Below are positions 33,641 to 43,685 of a stretch of DNA of 64,000 nucleotides, piece by piece. The position numbers were made by a program, and so were the translations under genes. Source of the stretch: Candidatus Kapaibacterium sp. (GTDB taxonomy: Bacteria; Bacteroidota; Ignavibacteria; Kapaibacteriales; Kapaibacteriaceae). Below the pieces are notes generated by a model. It ran no database searches. It was not told where the DNA came from and worked only from the letters and a program-made list of their open reading frames with translations. Location of the stretch: NCBI GenBank assembly GCA_044224925.1, contig JBGAJM010000012.1:1510-65509 (forward strand), in the 5' to 3' direction. The first letter of the stretch is position 1; every line of letters begins with the position of its first letter.

Positions 33641-36600
33641 ATGCGCTCACTTCGATACATACTTCTCGTTGGCGTTCTGTCGGCTGTCACGATGATGGCG
33701 CAGAATCCAACATCCTGCCGGATCACATCACCCAATGGCGGTGAAACGTTCCGTCCGGGCCTTTCACAGACGATCACGTGGGACACCGCCGGCACGAGTC
33801 GTGCGCGGTGGAGGTTCAAGTATGGGACGTCTCCTGCAGGTCCGTGGACAACGATCACTGGCATGGAGAACGTTCTCGACTCCGCAGCGCGCCGTGGGAC
33901 CTTTGTTGGCGGCTGGCGCGTTCCTGCACAGGCCACGACGAATGGCTACATCCGCATGGAACTCATTGCCGACTCCAACACGGTGTTCGACGTCACCGAC
34001 GCGGCTTTCACGATCATTCAACCGGAGGCTGTGCGTGTGGACTCCGTGCTCTCCGGTACGTTGACGGGAACCGTGAAACTTCGCAATTCGAAGATCTACG
34101 GTCTGAACGGATTCCTTTATGTGAACGGAACGCTCGAGATCGAGCCGGGTACGATCATCGTTGGCGATACGGTCGGACAGAACTCGGCCATTTGTGTCAA
34201 TCGTGGTGGCAAGCTCATTGCGAAGGGCACAAAGGACCGTCCGATCATCTTCACCTCTGCAGCTCCTGCCGGTCAGCGTGCGCGTGGAGACTGGGGTGGC
34301 ATCGTGTTGTGCGGAAATGCGCGCACGAATCATCCCGGAGGGCAGGCCGCCATGGAAGGTGGCATTGCCGATCCCGCACCACCCAACGGCTGGTTCGGTG
34401 GAACGAATGACGACGACAACAGCGGTGTGCTGCAGTATGTGCGTATCGAGTTCGGTGGCATCGCCCTTACGCCGAACAACGAGATCAACGGACTCACGCT
34501 CTGTGCTGTGGGACGTGGCACCACCATCGATCACGTTCAAGTGTCGCATGCGAATGATGATTCCTTCGAATGGTTTGGCGGTACGGTGAATGCGAAGTAC
34601 CTGGTCTCCTACGGTGGGATCGACGACGACTTCGATACCGATAACGGATTCAGTGGCTTCGTTCAGTACGGCGTCGCCAAGCGCTTCCGCACCATTGCCG
34701 ATCAGTCGACATCACAGGCCTTTGAATCGGACAACGATGCGAACACGTCGTTCAACGATCCACGCACGCATGCCATCTTCTCGAACATGACGTTGATCGG
34801 ACCGATCCAGGACACGTCGTGGACGGCCGGCAGCGGACCCAATCAATACAATCGATTCTTTGGCTCAAGCTTGCAAGTACGTCGCAACTCTCGTTTGAAT
34901 GTGTTCAACAGCGTCTTCGTTGGTTGGCCACGTGGTATGGAGCTGTCCGGCGTTCCAACAATGGTGGCCGCACAGGCAGACACGACGCATATCCGCCACA
35001 ACAGCTGGTTCGGTATCAAGGGTACGACCTTCAATCTTGCCAGTGGTACGCCACCAACGGGAATGGATGCCACGTGGCTCGAGCGCGTGCAGTATGTGAA
35101 CACCGTCGACAAGAGCAATCCCAACAATGCCTTCCTCGAAAACCCTTGGGTGGAAGCATCGAACACGTTCAATCCTGCACCGAAGAACGTGGCACCATAT
35201 CTGAACTCTGCAAGCTTCACAAATGCCAACTTCGCACTTGTGCCGATCAACGATCCGTTCTTCGAGCAAGTGAGCTATCGCGGTGCATTCCCTGCAACGG
35301 GTGAGCGCTGGGATGAAGGTTGGACAGAGTATGATCCTGTCAATGCCGACTACCGTGCCGTGCCATTCATCAAGGTGCTCTCTCCGGGTGCAACAGCAGG
35401 CGAGAAGTTCGTCAAGGGCACAACGGTCGACATCACATGGGATACGACCAACGCTCCCGGCACACACTATAAGATCGAGTTCGCAACTGGTGCAGCAGGT
35501 CCATGGACGACCGTGACCAATGGTTCCGATGTTGTGGATGCAGGCGCATCGCGCGGCAAGCTGCCTGGTGGATTCTCTATTCCTAACATCAACACGACCA
35601 CCGGCTACATTCGCATCTCCGATGTGAACGATCCGTCGAACTTCGACATCAACGACAATGCCTTCTCCATCATCGATTTGCCGCAGCCGGCCGTTCGTCT
35701 CATCGAGCCGGGCACGAACAACAAGAGCATTCGCGTTGGTCAGTCCGTCACACTGAACTGGGACACCACGAACACGTACCGCAAGCACTGGCGCTTCGAG
35801 TTCGGCAAGTCGGCCACCGGTCCGTGGCGCACTTTGTCGAACCTTGGCAACGTGCTCGATAGCGGTGCACGCCGTGGACAGTTCACCGGCGCCTTTGTCC
35901 TCCGTCAGTCCGACGTCACCGAAACGGGCTATGTGCGCATGACGCTCATGGAAGACACAACGAAGACCGACGTGAACGATATGCCGTTCGCCGTTGTCAC
36001 GGCAGCACCATCGCGTGTTGACTCTGTTATCAGCGGACACATCTCCACGCGCGTCAAGCTGTGGAACACGAAGATCTATGGTATCGATGGCTTTGTCTAT
36101 ATCGACAGCACGGGAGTGCTCGAGATCGAAAAGGGAACGGTCATCCTTGGTGATACACTCGGACAGAACAACGCCATCTGCGTGAATCGCGGTGGCAAGC
36201 TCGTGGCCAATGGAACGCGCGATCTTCCGATCGTCTTCACGTCGAGTGCAGCACCGGGTCAGCGTGCCCGCGGCGACTGGGGCGGCATCGTCTTCTGCGG
36301 TCGCGCACGCACCAATCATCCCGGAGGCCAGGCCGCCATGGAAGGTGGCATTGCCGATCCAGCACCCCCGAACGGTTGGTTCGGTGGAACGGATGACGAC
36401 GATTCAAGCGGTGTGCTGCGCTATGTGCGTATCGAGTTCGGTGGTATCGCGTTGACGCCGAACAACGAGATCAACGGACTCACACTTGCAGCCGTTGGCC
36501 GCAGAACGGTGATCGATCACGTGCAGGTTTCGCATGCGAACGACGACTCCTTCGAGTGGTTCGGTGGCACGGTGAATGCCAAGTATCTGATCGCCTATGG

Positions 36601-37651
36601 TGGCATCGATGATGACTTCGATACCGACAACGGCTTCAGCGGTAAGGTGCAGTTCGGTCTCGGCAAGCGCTTCCGTACGGTGGCCGATCAGTCGACCTCG
36701 CAAGCCTTCGAATCCGACAACGATGCGAACACATCGTTCAACAACCCGCATACATCGTGCATCTTCTCGAACATGACGTTGGTCGGTCCGATCCAGGACA
36801 CGTCGTGGACGTCGGGCAGCGGCGCAAATCAATACAACAAGTTCTACGGTGCAGGCATTCAAGTGCGCCGCAACTCCCGTCACAACCTGTTCAACAGCGT
36901 GTTCACCGGTTGGCCACGCGGTATGGAGATCGCCGGTGTACCGACGATGGTGGCCGCCAATGCCGACACGATGAGCACGCGCAATACAAGCTGGTTCGGC
37001 ATCAAGGGCACATGGCTCAATCTCGCCGGTGGTACACCACCTGCCGGCATGGATGCGTCGTGGATCGCCAAGAGCGCCTTCGAGAACACCATCGATAAGG
37101 CAGATCCGAATGGCGCCATGCTCATCAATGCATGGGTCGAGAACGACAATGCCTTCAACCCCGTTCCGCTCTTTGGCGCACCGTATCTGAACACAGCCAG
37201 CTTCACGAATGGAACGGCATTCGCACCCATCGGCGATCCGTTCTTCGAGCAAGTACCGTACCGCGGCGCCTTCGCACCGAACGGCGAGCGCTGGGATGCC
37301 ATCTGGGCAGAGTATGATCCGATTAACAAAGAATACAAGGCTCAACCCCCCGTGGATCCGACAAGCGTTCAGGACGAGCACGTCACTGAGCAAGTTGTTG
37401 CTTCGGTCTATCCGAATCCAACAGCTGACGTTTGTACTGTCCGCTATCGTCTCTCGGGGGATGATGCCATCACCATCACGGTCGTGAATGCCATCGGCTC
37501 CGAGCGCAACACGTTCATGGTGGCACAGCCGCAACAAGAAGGTGTGTATGAATTCCAACTGCACACTGCAACACTTGCAAACGGGATGTACTTCGTGACC
37601 TTCACCACGTCGCGCGGAACTGTCTCCCTCCCCTTGACCGTCCAGCGGTGA
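33641..37651 (+). CDS. T9SS-secreted protein with two copies of an Ig-like + beta-helix-like module
   Basis: Signal peptide. RARGDWGGIV...SGVLxYVRIEFGG...DDDFDTDNG occurs twice, 1986 bp apart. C-terminal VYPNPT...LANGMYFV. Confidence 0.82.
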   Translation: MRSLRYILLVGVLSAVTMMAQNPTSCRITSPNGGETFRPGLSQTITWDTAGTSRARWRFKYGTSPAGPWTTITGMENVLDSAARRGTFVGGWRVPAQATTNGYIRMELIADSNTVFDVTDAAFTIIQPEAVRVDSVLSGTLTGTVKLRNSKIYGLNGFLYVNGTLEIEPGTIIVGDTVGQNSAICVNRGGKLIAKGTKDRPIIFTSAAPAGQRARGDWGGIVLCGNARTNHPGGQAAMEGGIADPAPPNGWFGGTNDDDNSGVLQYVRIEFGGIALTPNNEINGLTLCAVGRGTTIDHVQVSHANDDSFEWFGGTVNAKYLVSYGGIDDDFDTDNGFSGFVQYGVAKRFRTIADQSTSQAFESDNDANTSFNDPRTHAIFSNMTLIGPIQDTSWTAGSGPNQYNRFFGSSLQVRRNSRLNVFNSVFVGWPRGMELSGVPTMVAAQADTTHIRHNSWFGIKGTTFNLASGTPPTGMDATWLERVQYVNTVDKSNPNNAFLENPWVEASNTFNPAPKNVAPYLNSASFTNANFALVPINDPFFEQVSYRGAFPATGERWDEGWTEYDPVNADYRAVPFIKVLSPGATAGEKFVKGTTVDITWDTTNAPGTHYKIEFATGAAGPWTTVTNGSDVVDAGASRGKLPGGFSIPNINTTTGYIRISDVNDPSNFDINDNAFSIIDLPQPAVRLIEPGTNNKSIRVGQSVTLNWDTTNTYRKHWRFEFGKSATGPWRTLSNLGNVLDSGARRGQFTGAFVLRQSDVTETGYVRMTLMEDTTKTDVNDMPFAVVTAAPSRVDSVISGHISTRVKLWNTKIYGIDGFVYIDSTGVLEIEKGTVILGDTLGQNNAICVNRGGKLVANGTRDLPIVFTSSAAPGQRARGDWGGIVFCGRARTNHPGGQAAMEGGIADPAPPNGWFGGTDDDDSSGVLRYVRIEFGGIALTPNNEINGLTLAAVGRRTVIDHVQVSHANDDSFEWFGGTVNAKYLIAYGGIDDDFDTDNGFSGKVQFGLGKRFRTVADQSTSQAFESDNDANTSFNNPHTSCIFSNMTLVGPIQDTSWTSGSGANQYNKFYGAGIQVRRNSRHNLFNSVFTGWPRGMEIAGVPTMVAANADTMSTRNTSWFGIKGTWLNLAGGTPPAGMDASWIAKSAFENTIDKADPNGAMLINAWVENDNAFNPVPLFGAPYLNTASFTNGTAFAPIGDPFFEQVPYRGAFAPNGERWDAIWAEYDPINKEYKAQPPVDPTSVQDEHVTEQVVASVYPNPTADVCTVRYRLSGDDAITITVVNAIGSERNTFMVAQPQQEGVYEFQLHTATLANGMYFVTFTTSRGTVSLPLTVQR

Positions 37652-37665
37652 CCATCCCGTTCACG

Positions 37666-37702
37666 AAAAAGCCCGTCGTTCGAAAGAGCGACGGGCTTTT
37701 GT
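37666..37702. terminator. Bidirectional intrinsic terminator
   Basis: AAAAGCCCGTCGTTC-GAAA-GAGCGACGGGCTTTT lies between convergent genes. Confidence 0.88.
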
Positions 37703-37723
37703 GTTTGTTGAAATGGTCTTCGA

Positions 37724-38374
37724 TCAGTTGAAGGCGATCTTCACGCGCACCCAACTCCGCGCCGCCACGCCGCCCTTCTTCCCCGGAGTAAAGGGGATCC
37801 GATGGACAGCTTCTTCGGCAATGCGATCGATCTCGGCGTTGACGCGCAAGACGTGATCGATGCGGCCGATGGTCCCGTTGGCGAACACCTCGACGGCCAC
37901 GATGGCCGTGCCATGGAGCGATCCACCGGCACCCGGTGTGAGAGCCTCCAACGCCGTTCGCAGGTCGGCTTCGTTATACGTTGCGGCTACGTCGACCACG
38001 GCCGTCGTATCGAGTTCATCGAGACTCTTCGGCAACGGCACGGGCTTGAGGGCCCGCAACGTGTCGAGACTCCAGATCACACCGATCGACTCATGTTCCA
38101 ACCGCGTGCCGCGCGGCGGATAGCGCAACAGATCGAAGTCCGTCACATGCCGTCCACGATCGAACGCACCCGTATACACCATCACCGTATCCATGTCGCT
38201 CATCCACACGGCCTTGCCATTGCCATGCGCCGTGTCGTTGCGAACCTGTCCACTATACCACACGGATGTGACTTGAAACGCCTCGGGATTCTCGATCCAG
38301 CACGTTGTGCCCTTCGAGCGAATGAAGGCATCGCCGGGAAGGAGGAGGGAGGCGGTGAGGAGGAGATGGAGCAT
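37724..38374 (-). CDS. Exported protein with MORN-like N-terminal segment and TonB C-terminal-like domain
   Basis: WYSGQVRNDTAHGNGKAVW, and C-terminal 'GTAIVAVEVFANGTI...AEEAVHRIPFTPGKKGG...VKIAF'. Confidence 0.65.
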   Translation of the reverse strand: MLHLLLTASLLLPGDAFIRSKGTTCWIENPEAFQVTSVWYSGQVRNDTAHGNGKAVWMSDMDTVMVYTGAFDRGRHVTDFDLLRYPPRGTRLEHESIGVIWSLDTLRALKPVPLPKSLDELDTTAVVDVAATYNEADLRTALEALTPGAGGSLHGTAIVAVEVFANGTIGRIDHVLRVNAEIDRIAEEAVHRIPFTPGKKGGVAARSWVRVKIAFN

Positions 38375-38381
38375 GGGGGAG

Positions 38382-38443
38382 AATCGGAAGAGAATACAGG
38401 ATCAAGAATACAGAATCCCGATCAAGAATCAAGGATCAAGAAT
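38382..38443. repeat. Leader motif (38 bp, identical to 47729-47766) plus short ATCAAGR heptamer run
   Basis: AATCGGAAGAGAATACAGGATCAAGAATACAGAATCCC followed by GATCAAGAATCAAGGATCAAGAAT fills the intergenic gap. Confidence 0.9.
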
Positions 38444-39565
38444 TCACCAGCCAGGGAAGTCTGCAGGAACAACAATGTAGGTGACCGTCATGACAATGAT
38501 CTGGAGTGCATAGAAACGTTGCGCCAATTCAGGGCGCTCCTTCTTGATCGAGTGCCAATACCACATGATCACAAGTAGGGGAATGGTGATCACCATCCAG
38601 ATCACGGCGACCCCAAGATATCCTTGCGGAGGGAGACCGATCATATGTTGCGCGGTCTGTGCGGCCTTCCCATAGACGAGGATCAAGTGAGAGACATACA
38701 TGAAGAGCGATTCTTGTCCGACAACCTGCAAGAACTTGCCAATGCGCGACCGTTGAAGTCGGTCTTCGTTCAAATACAGGATACCGAGCAACGTGAGCGT
38801 TGCCGTGCAACAGAACAGTAGTATGCTTGGAGTGGCCTTCCACCAAATGTCGAGTGACCACGGTGCGGGAAGGGTCGACAGTTTCAACGTGAACAGCACC
38901 ACCGGCACAAAGAGTCCGGAGGCGATCCAGATCTTCGATATCATCGACTTGTTCGTCGATCGCATGAACACACTCGTGAGCGTAACGCCGGCGAAGAAGT
39001 AGAAACTCCACGGAAACATCGGGAACGGACTGGATGATGGGAACTCCGTCCATACCCACCACGAACTACACAGGACGAAGAGCGCTGCCGCCGCTGATAG
39101 GCGCGTGACGTTCTTGATGTTCCTGCCGATGAACACAAATGCCAACCCAATGAACGTCGAGTAGACGATCGTGTGAAGCACATCCACCTGAAGGCCCGGA
39201 AGGAGTTCATCCATCGAAGCCATCAAGGTGCGCTCAAGAGAATAGAAGGGGATGTGCAGTGTAAAGGCGCACCACAGTATGTAGAACAGTCGGCGTACGT
39301 ACAGATAGAGTGGTCTACCTCCATGAAGGTAGTCGTTGATCTTCCTCGACATCGCGATCCAAAATCCGGCACCGGCAAGAAAGATGAATGTTGGCGCAAC
39401 GTACCCATTGGTCACGTTCAGAACATCGAACGACGTGTTGACATGGATCGCCGGATCGATGAAGACATTCGTGATATGCACCTGGATCATCCAGAGGACG
39501 GCCAGACCGCGCGCTACGTCGAGGAAGATGAACCGGGAATTTGGACGTGGTTCCGATCGCGTCAT
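38444..39565 (-). CDS. DUF1624 / heparan-alpha-glucosaminide N-acetyltransferase-like membrane acyltransferase
   Basis: RFIFLDVARGLAVLWMIQVH N-terminal motif, APTFIFLAG, many TM helices. Confidence 0.78.
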   Translation of the reverse strand: MTRSEPRPNSRFIFLDVARGLAVLWMIQVHITNVFIDPAIHVNTSFDVLNVTNGYVAPTFIFLAGAGFWIAMSRKINDYLHGGRPLYLYVRRLFYILWCAFTLHIPFYSLERTLMASMDELLPGLQVDVLHTIVYSTFIGLAFVFIGRNIKNVTRLSAAAALFVLCSSWWVWTEFPSSSPFPMFPWSFYFFAGVTLTSVFMRSTNKSMISKIWIASGLFVPVVLFTLKLSTLPAPWSLDIWWKATPSILLFCCTATLTLLGILYLNEDRLQRSRIGKFLQVVGQESLFMYVSHLILVYGKAAQTAQHMIGLPPQGYLGVAVIWMVITIPLLVIMWYWHSIKKERPELAQRFYALQIIVMTVTYIVVPADFPGW

Positions 39566-39678
39566 GGCCGGCGCTCGTCTTTGCTGTTCGTCATCCGCCG
39601 GACGAATCCGAGGACGAAGTTGAAGGTGAAGATCACGCCAACCACGAAGAGCAGGAAGATGATGAGGTAGCGTTGCAT
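39562..39678 (-). CDS. Small single-pass membrane protein (38 aa)
   Basis: MQRYLIIFLLFVVGVIFTFNFVLGFVRRMTNSKDERRP. ATGA-coupled to the acyltransferase. A -7-like box TATTTTAC lies 4 nt upstream of its ATG. Confidence 0.6.
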   Translation of the reverse strand: MQRYLIIFLLFVVGVIFTFNFVLGFVRRMTNSKDERRP

Positions 39679-39733
39679 GTCGGTAAAATACGAGGCAGGG
39701 GGAAACGGCCTGCGAAGGGTGTATTTTCGCCCC

Positions 39734-41284
39734 ATGGCAAGTTCCTCTCTTATCGCGGCGATCGACGTTGGCACGAACTCCTTCCACATGGTGATCGCTT
39801 CGGTGAGCACGCGCGGAGTGTTGCGCATTCACAGTCGCGACAAGGAGATGGTACGTCTGGGCTCGAGTGCCGGCGATATCAAGCGCCTGACGCCCGAGGC
39901 CATCACGCGTGGCGTGCAAACGCTGAAGCGGTTCGTGACCGTGGCACGACAGCATGGTGCCGAGGTGCGGGCCGTGGCCACGAGTGCCACGCGCGAGGCC
40001 TTGAACCGCGACGAGTTCATCGATCGCGTGCGTCGTGAATGCGGCATCGACATCGAAGTGGTGGCGGGCTCCGAAGAGGGTCGACTGATCTACCTTGGCG
40101 CCCTTCATGCCCTTCCTATCCTTACCAAGCGCGCCCTTGTGATCGACATCGGCGGAGGCTCCACCGAAACGGTGATCGGCTATCAGGGAGAAGTGGCCTA
40201 CGTCCACTCCGCCAAGCTCGGCCACATCCGGCTTTCCAAGCGGTTCTTCCCCGATGCCGTGATCACGGACGATCAGATCGAGATGTGTCGACGGGCCATC
40301 AAGGGAGACTGGACGCCGATCTTCCAAAGTCTCATCGCCTACGGATTCGAGTACGCCATCGGCTCGTCGGGCACGGCCATGGCCATTGCCACGATGACGT
40401 TGGCACGACAAGGGAAGCGCATCCCGGAATCGCTGAATGCGCTGACGATCTCGCGCAACGATCTGCTGCAGACGATCGCCACCGTGGTGGAGGCGCGAAC
40501 GCTAGAGCAGCGCAAGGCCTTGCCCGGACTTGATGAGAAGCGGGCTGACATCATCATGGGCGGTGCGCTGATCCTCGAGCAGGCCATCATCGGTCTGAAC
40601 ATTCAAGAGCTCACGATGAGCGGTTATGCGCTTCGCGAGGGCACCGTCTTCGATACGGTGCAGAAGCAGCGCGATATCGACGAGTATCATCATCTGTCGC
40701 ACCTTCGCTATCAAAGCGTCGACCATCTCTGTGATCTCTACCGCGTTCACCGACCGCATGCCGAGCACGTGAAGAACCTCTGTCTGCGACTGTTCGACGA
40801 TCTGCAGCCGTTGCATCGATTCGCCGACCGAGAGCGCGAGCTCCTGGAGGCCGCAGCACTCCTGCACGACGTTGGCTATCACATCTCTGCCGAACAGCAT
40901 CACAAGCACAGCGACTACATCATTCGCAACAGCCCCATGCCGGGCTTCACGAACGACGAGGCCGAGATCGTGGCCACCGTGGCCCGCTACCATCGCAAGA
41001 GCTATCCCAAAAAGAAACACGAGTGGTTCACCGCCCTGAGCGCCTCGGAACAACAGGTGGTGCGCGTTCTGGCCGCCATCTTGCGCATCTGCGAGGGACT
41101 GGACCGACGGCAGCAACAACTCGTCACCACCGTCCGTGCCGTCTACACCGACCAATCCATCGAGATCTTCATGACCTCTCCCATGGGACTGCCCGATATC
41201 GAGCTCTGGGGGGCGGAACGGCGGAAGGGTCTGCTTGAGGAGGTCTACGGTCGAAAAGTGCGCCTTCTCCTGCACACGATGTGA
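39734..41284 (+). CDS. ppx: Ppx/GppA exopolyphosphatase with HD domain
   Basis: AAIDVGTNSFH, ATSATREA, DIGGGSTE, LREG and AALLHDVG motifs. Confidence 0.93.
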   Translation: MASSSLIAAIDVGTNSFHMVIASVSTRGVLRIHSRDKEMVRLGSSAGDIKRLTPEAITRGVQTLKRFVTVARQHGAEVRAVATSATREALNRDEFIDRVRRECGIDIEVVAGSEEGRLIYLGALHALPILTKRALVIDIGGGSTETVIGYQGEVAYVHSAKLGHIRLSKRFFPDAVITDDQIEMCRRAIKGDWTPIFQSLIAYGFEYAIGSSGTAMAIATMTLARQGKRIPESLNALTISRNDLLQTIATVVEARTLEQRKALPGLDEKRADIIMGGALILEQAIIGLNIQELTMSGYALREGTVFDTVQKQRDIDEYHHLSHLRYQSVDHLCDLYRVHRPHAEHVKNLCLRLFDDLQPLHRFADRERELLEAAALLHDVGYHISAEQHHKHSDYIIRNSPMPGFTNDEAEIVATVARYHRKSYPKKKHEWFTALSASEQQVVRVLAAILRICEGLDRRQQQLVTTVRAVYTDQSIEIFMTSPMGLPDIELWGAERRKGLLEEVYGRKVRLLLHTM

Positions 41285-41334
41285 TCGGTTCGTTCGTTAC
41301 TACCCCTTCGTAACTAACTCAGGAGATCCTTGCT

Positions 41335-42888
41335 ATGACAAAGCGTCCAATCCTTACCGCCCTTACTCTGATCGGGATCGGTATCGCTTTTGGTGTGGTG
41401 TTGATGACGAATTTCGGGAGCAATGCCCTCGAGTCCCTGCTGGCAAAAGGCGTCGGTGACCTTGGTGCGAAAACACCTCCCATTGTTCTGCCCGAGAACG
41501 TGAAGGCATTGAACAACGCCTTCGTCTCTGCATCGGATGCTGTGAAGAAGAACGTGGTGAGCATCACGGTGAAGACGGAGCAAAAGGGCGGACAAGTGAT
41601 GCCGCGCGATTTCTTCCGCTTCTTCGGTCCGGACGGACAGGAAGAAGATCAAGACGTGCAGCCACGCGAGGGTGAACAGGGCGGCAGTGGCGTGATCATC
41701 ACCGCAGACGGATATGTGGTCACGAACAATCACGTGGTGGAAGACGCGAAGGAGAACGGCATCACCGTGACCACCTTCGATGAAAAGGAATACAAGGCAA
41801 AACTCGTCGGTCGCGATCCGCTCACCGACCTTGCCGTGCTGAAGATCGAAGGACAGTTCCAAGCCGCACACCTGGCCGATCGCAGGAACGTGCGCGTGGG
41901 TGAATGGGTGATCGCCGTTGGTGCGCCGCTCGGACTCAAACAAACGGTCACCACCGGTATCGTGAGCGCCGAAGGCAGAGGTATCGGCATCATCGGCACC
42001 GACGAAATGCGTGGCACACGCAATCGGTTCTCCGTTGAGAACTTCATTCAAACAGATGCGGCCATCAACCCGGGAAATTCCGGCGGTGGTCTCTTCAATC
42101 TCGAAGGGTCGCTTGTCGGCATCAACACGGCCATCGCATCGCGCAGTGGCGTGAACGCCGGCTACGGTTTTGCCATTCCCATCGACATGGTGAAGAGCGT
42201 TGCGCTCGACCTGATCGACGATGGCAAGATCGAACGCGGATACATCGGCGTCGAGATCACCTCCGTGGACGAGACCGCTGCCAAGACCGTTGGTCTACAA
42301 CGGGTCGCCGGCGTGATGGTGAACAAGGTCGTGAAGGGTGGCGCGGCGGCCGCAGCCGGACTTGAAGAGGGCGATGTGATCCTTGATGTTGACGGAACAC
42401 CGGTGAAGACGTCGAATGAATTGCAGAATCAGATCGTACTGCATCGTGCCGGCGATCGCGTGACGTTGAAGATCTGGAGAGATCGCAAAGAGATCTCGAA
42501 GACCGTGACACTCAAGTCGCTCGATGACAATGGCGCCTTCGCAGAGGCATCGAACGATGGCAAGAGCGGAGATCGTCCGTCAAGCTCTGCAGACCCCGTC
42601 ACCTTCAAGGACCTTGGTTTCACGGCAAGTCCGCTCACCGAAGATGTGAAGCGCGATCTCGACACGAAGCAAGGTGTGCTCGTCACAAAGGTCGACGCAC
42701 GTGGTGTGGTCGCACGACGTGGACTTCAGTCGGGCGCCGTCATCCTCAAGGCCGACGGACAGATCGTGAACAACCCATCGGATCTCAAGCGCATTCTCAG
42801 CAACAAGGCCGGCGGTGATGGCGTGATGTTCGTGGTCAAGACCCGCGACGGAAAGCAGGCCATCACGGTCCAAGTGCCGGAGAGCTAA
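41335..42888 (+). CDS. degP: DegP/DegQ (Do family) serine protease with two PDZ domains
   Basis: TNNHVV, TDLAVLKI and QTDAAINPGNSGG motifs. Confidence 0.92.
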   Translation: MTKRPILTALTLIGIGIAFGVVLMTNFGSNALESLLAKGVGDLGAKTPPIVLPENVKALNNAFVSASDAVKKNVVSITVKTEQKGGQVMPRDFFRFFGPDGQEEDQDVQPREGEQGGSGVIITADGYVVTNNHVVEDAKENGITVTTFDEKEYKAKLVGRDPLTDLAVLKIEGQFQAAHLADRRNVRVGEWVIAVGAPLGLKQTVTTGIVSAEGRGIGIIGTDEMRGTRNRFSVENFIQTDAAINPGNSGGGLFNLEGSLVGINTAIASRSGVNAGYGFAIPIDMVKSVALDLIDDGKIERGYIGVEITSVDETAAKTVGLQRVAGVMVNKVVKGGAAAAAGLEEGDVILDVDGTPVKTSNELQNQIVLHRAGDRVTLKIWRDRKEISKTVTLKSLDDNGAFAEASNDGKSGDRPSSSADPVTFKDLGFTASPLTEDVKRDLDTKQGVLVTKVDARGVVARRGLQSGAVILKADGQIVNNPSDLKRILSNKAGGDGVMFVVKTRDGKQAITVQVPES

Positions 42889-42980
42889 CAACCCTCGGAA
42901 CTTTCTGATAAATTGCGGTCGCCATGGTTGTCCATGGCGACCGTTTTTGTTTGTGTTGCATTCTTTCGAGGGGCAGTCGT

Positions 42981-43658
42981 ATGAAACGCAGTATCACAGT
43001 ACTGACATTGTTCGCTGTTTGTGCAAGCGTATCACTTGCCGTTGAACCACCACCAATGTTCAGCACCGGTTCCTTCTCCGTCGGCCCATACGCGGGCATC
43101 ACGTACGGTTCCGTCACAACAGACCCGTCATCAGACGGATGGTCTTCGGCAATGGGCATCTCTGCCGGACTCGACGCACGCTACTATCTCTGCGAGACCT
43201 CGAACTTGCAATTGGGCCTCCGTTACGAGCAACGAGGCTCCAAGCAGAGCACGTCGAATCCGTTCTCTTCAACAGACTATAGCGAAATGCGGAACTACTT
43301 GAGCTTTGACGTGACCGCAGCGTGGTACTTCACGGAGATGTGCGACGGCGGCTTCCGTCCACGTTTGTATGGGGGTGTCTTCCTCGGGTCGTTCTTGAGT
43401 GGTACGTCAAAGGTCACGACAACGATCGGTGGAGGAAGTCCACAGACCTCGGAAACAGAGATCAAATCCGACAATGTGAATGCACTCAACTGGGGACCGA
43501 AGATCGGCCTTGGCTTTGATTGGAAGATGGGCCCTGGTGCATTGACGTTCGGTGTGAGCTACGACTATGCGATCTCGAACATTGACAACACCGGCGCAGG
43601 ATCGAAGTTCTACGACCGCGGCATCTCGGCAGGACTCGGCTATCAATTCGGATTTTAA
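42981..43658 (+). CDS. Outer membrane beta-barrel (PorT/porin-like) protein
   Basis: Signal peptide MKRSITVL..., alternating beta-strands, C-terminal YQFGF. Confidence 0.75.
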   Translation: MKRSITVLTLFAVCASVSLAVEPPPMFSTGSFSVGPYAGITYGSVTTDPSSDGWSSAMGISAGLDARYYLCETSNLQLGLRYEQRGSKQSTSNPFSSTDYSEMRNYLSFDVTAAWYFTEMCDGGFRPRLYGGVFLGSFLSGTSKVTTTIGGGSPQTSETEIKSDNVNALNWGPKIGLGFDWKMGPGALTFGVSYDYAISNIDNTGAGSKFYDRGISAGLGYQFGF

Positions 43659-43685
43659 CTCGACATAAAGATCGGACCTCACTGC

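Noticed and set aside
34300-36850. Long direct repeat as a mobile element or TR/VR pair
   Set aside because: It is an in-frame domain duplication inside one CDS, and the differences appear mostly synonymous rather than A-specific.
38444-40411. 655-aa version of the acyltransferase
   Set aside because: The N-terminal 282 codons are antisense to ppx and overlap the small ORF. The family motif begins right after the ATG at 39565.
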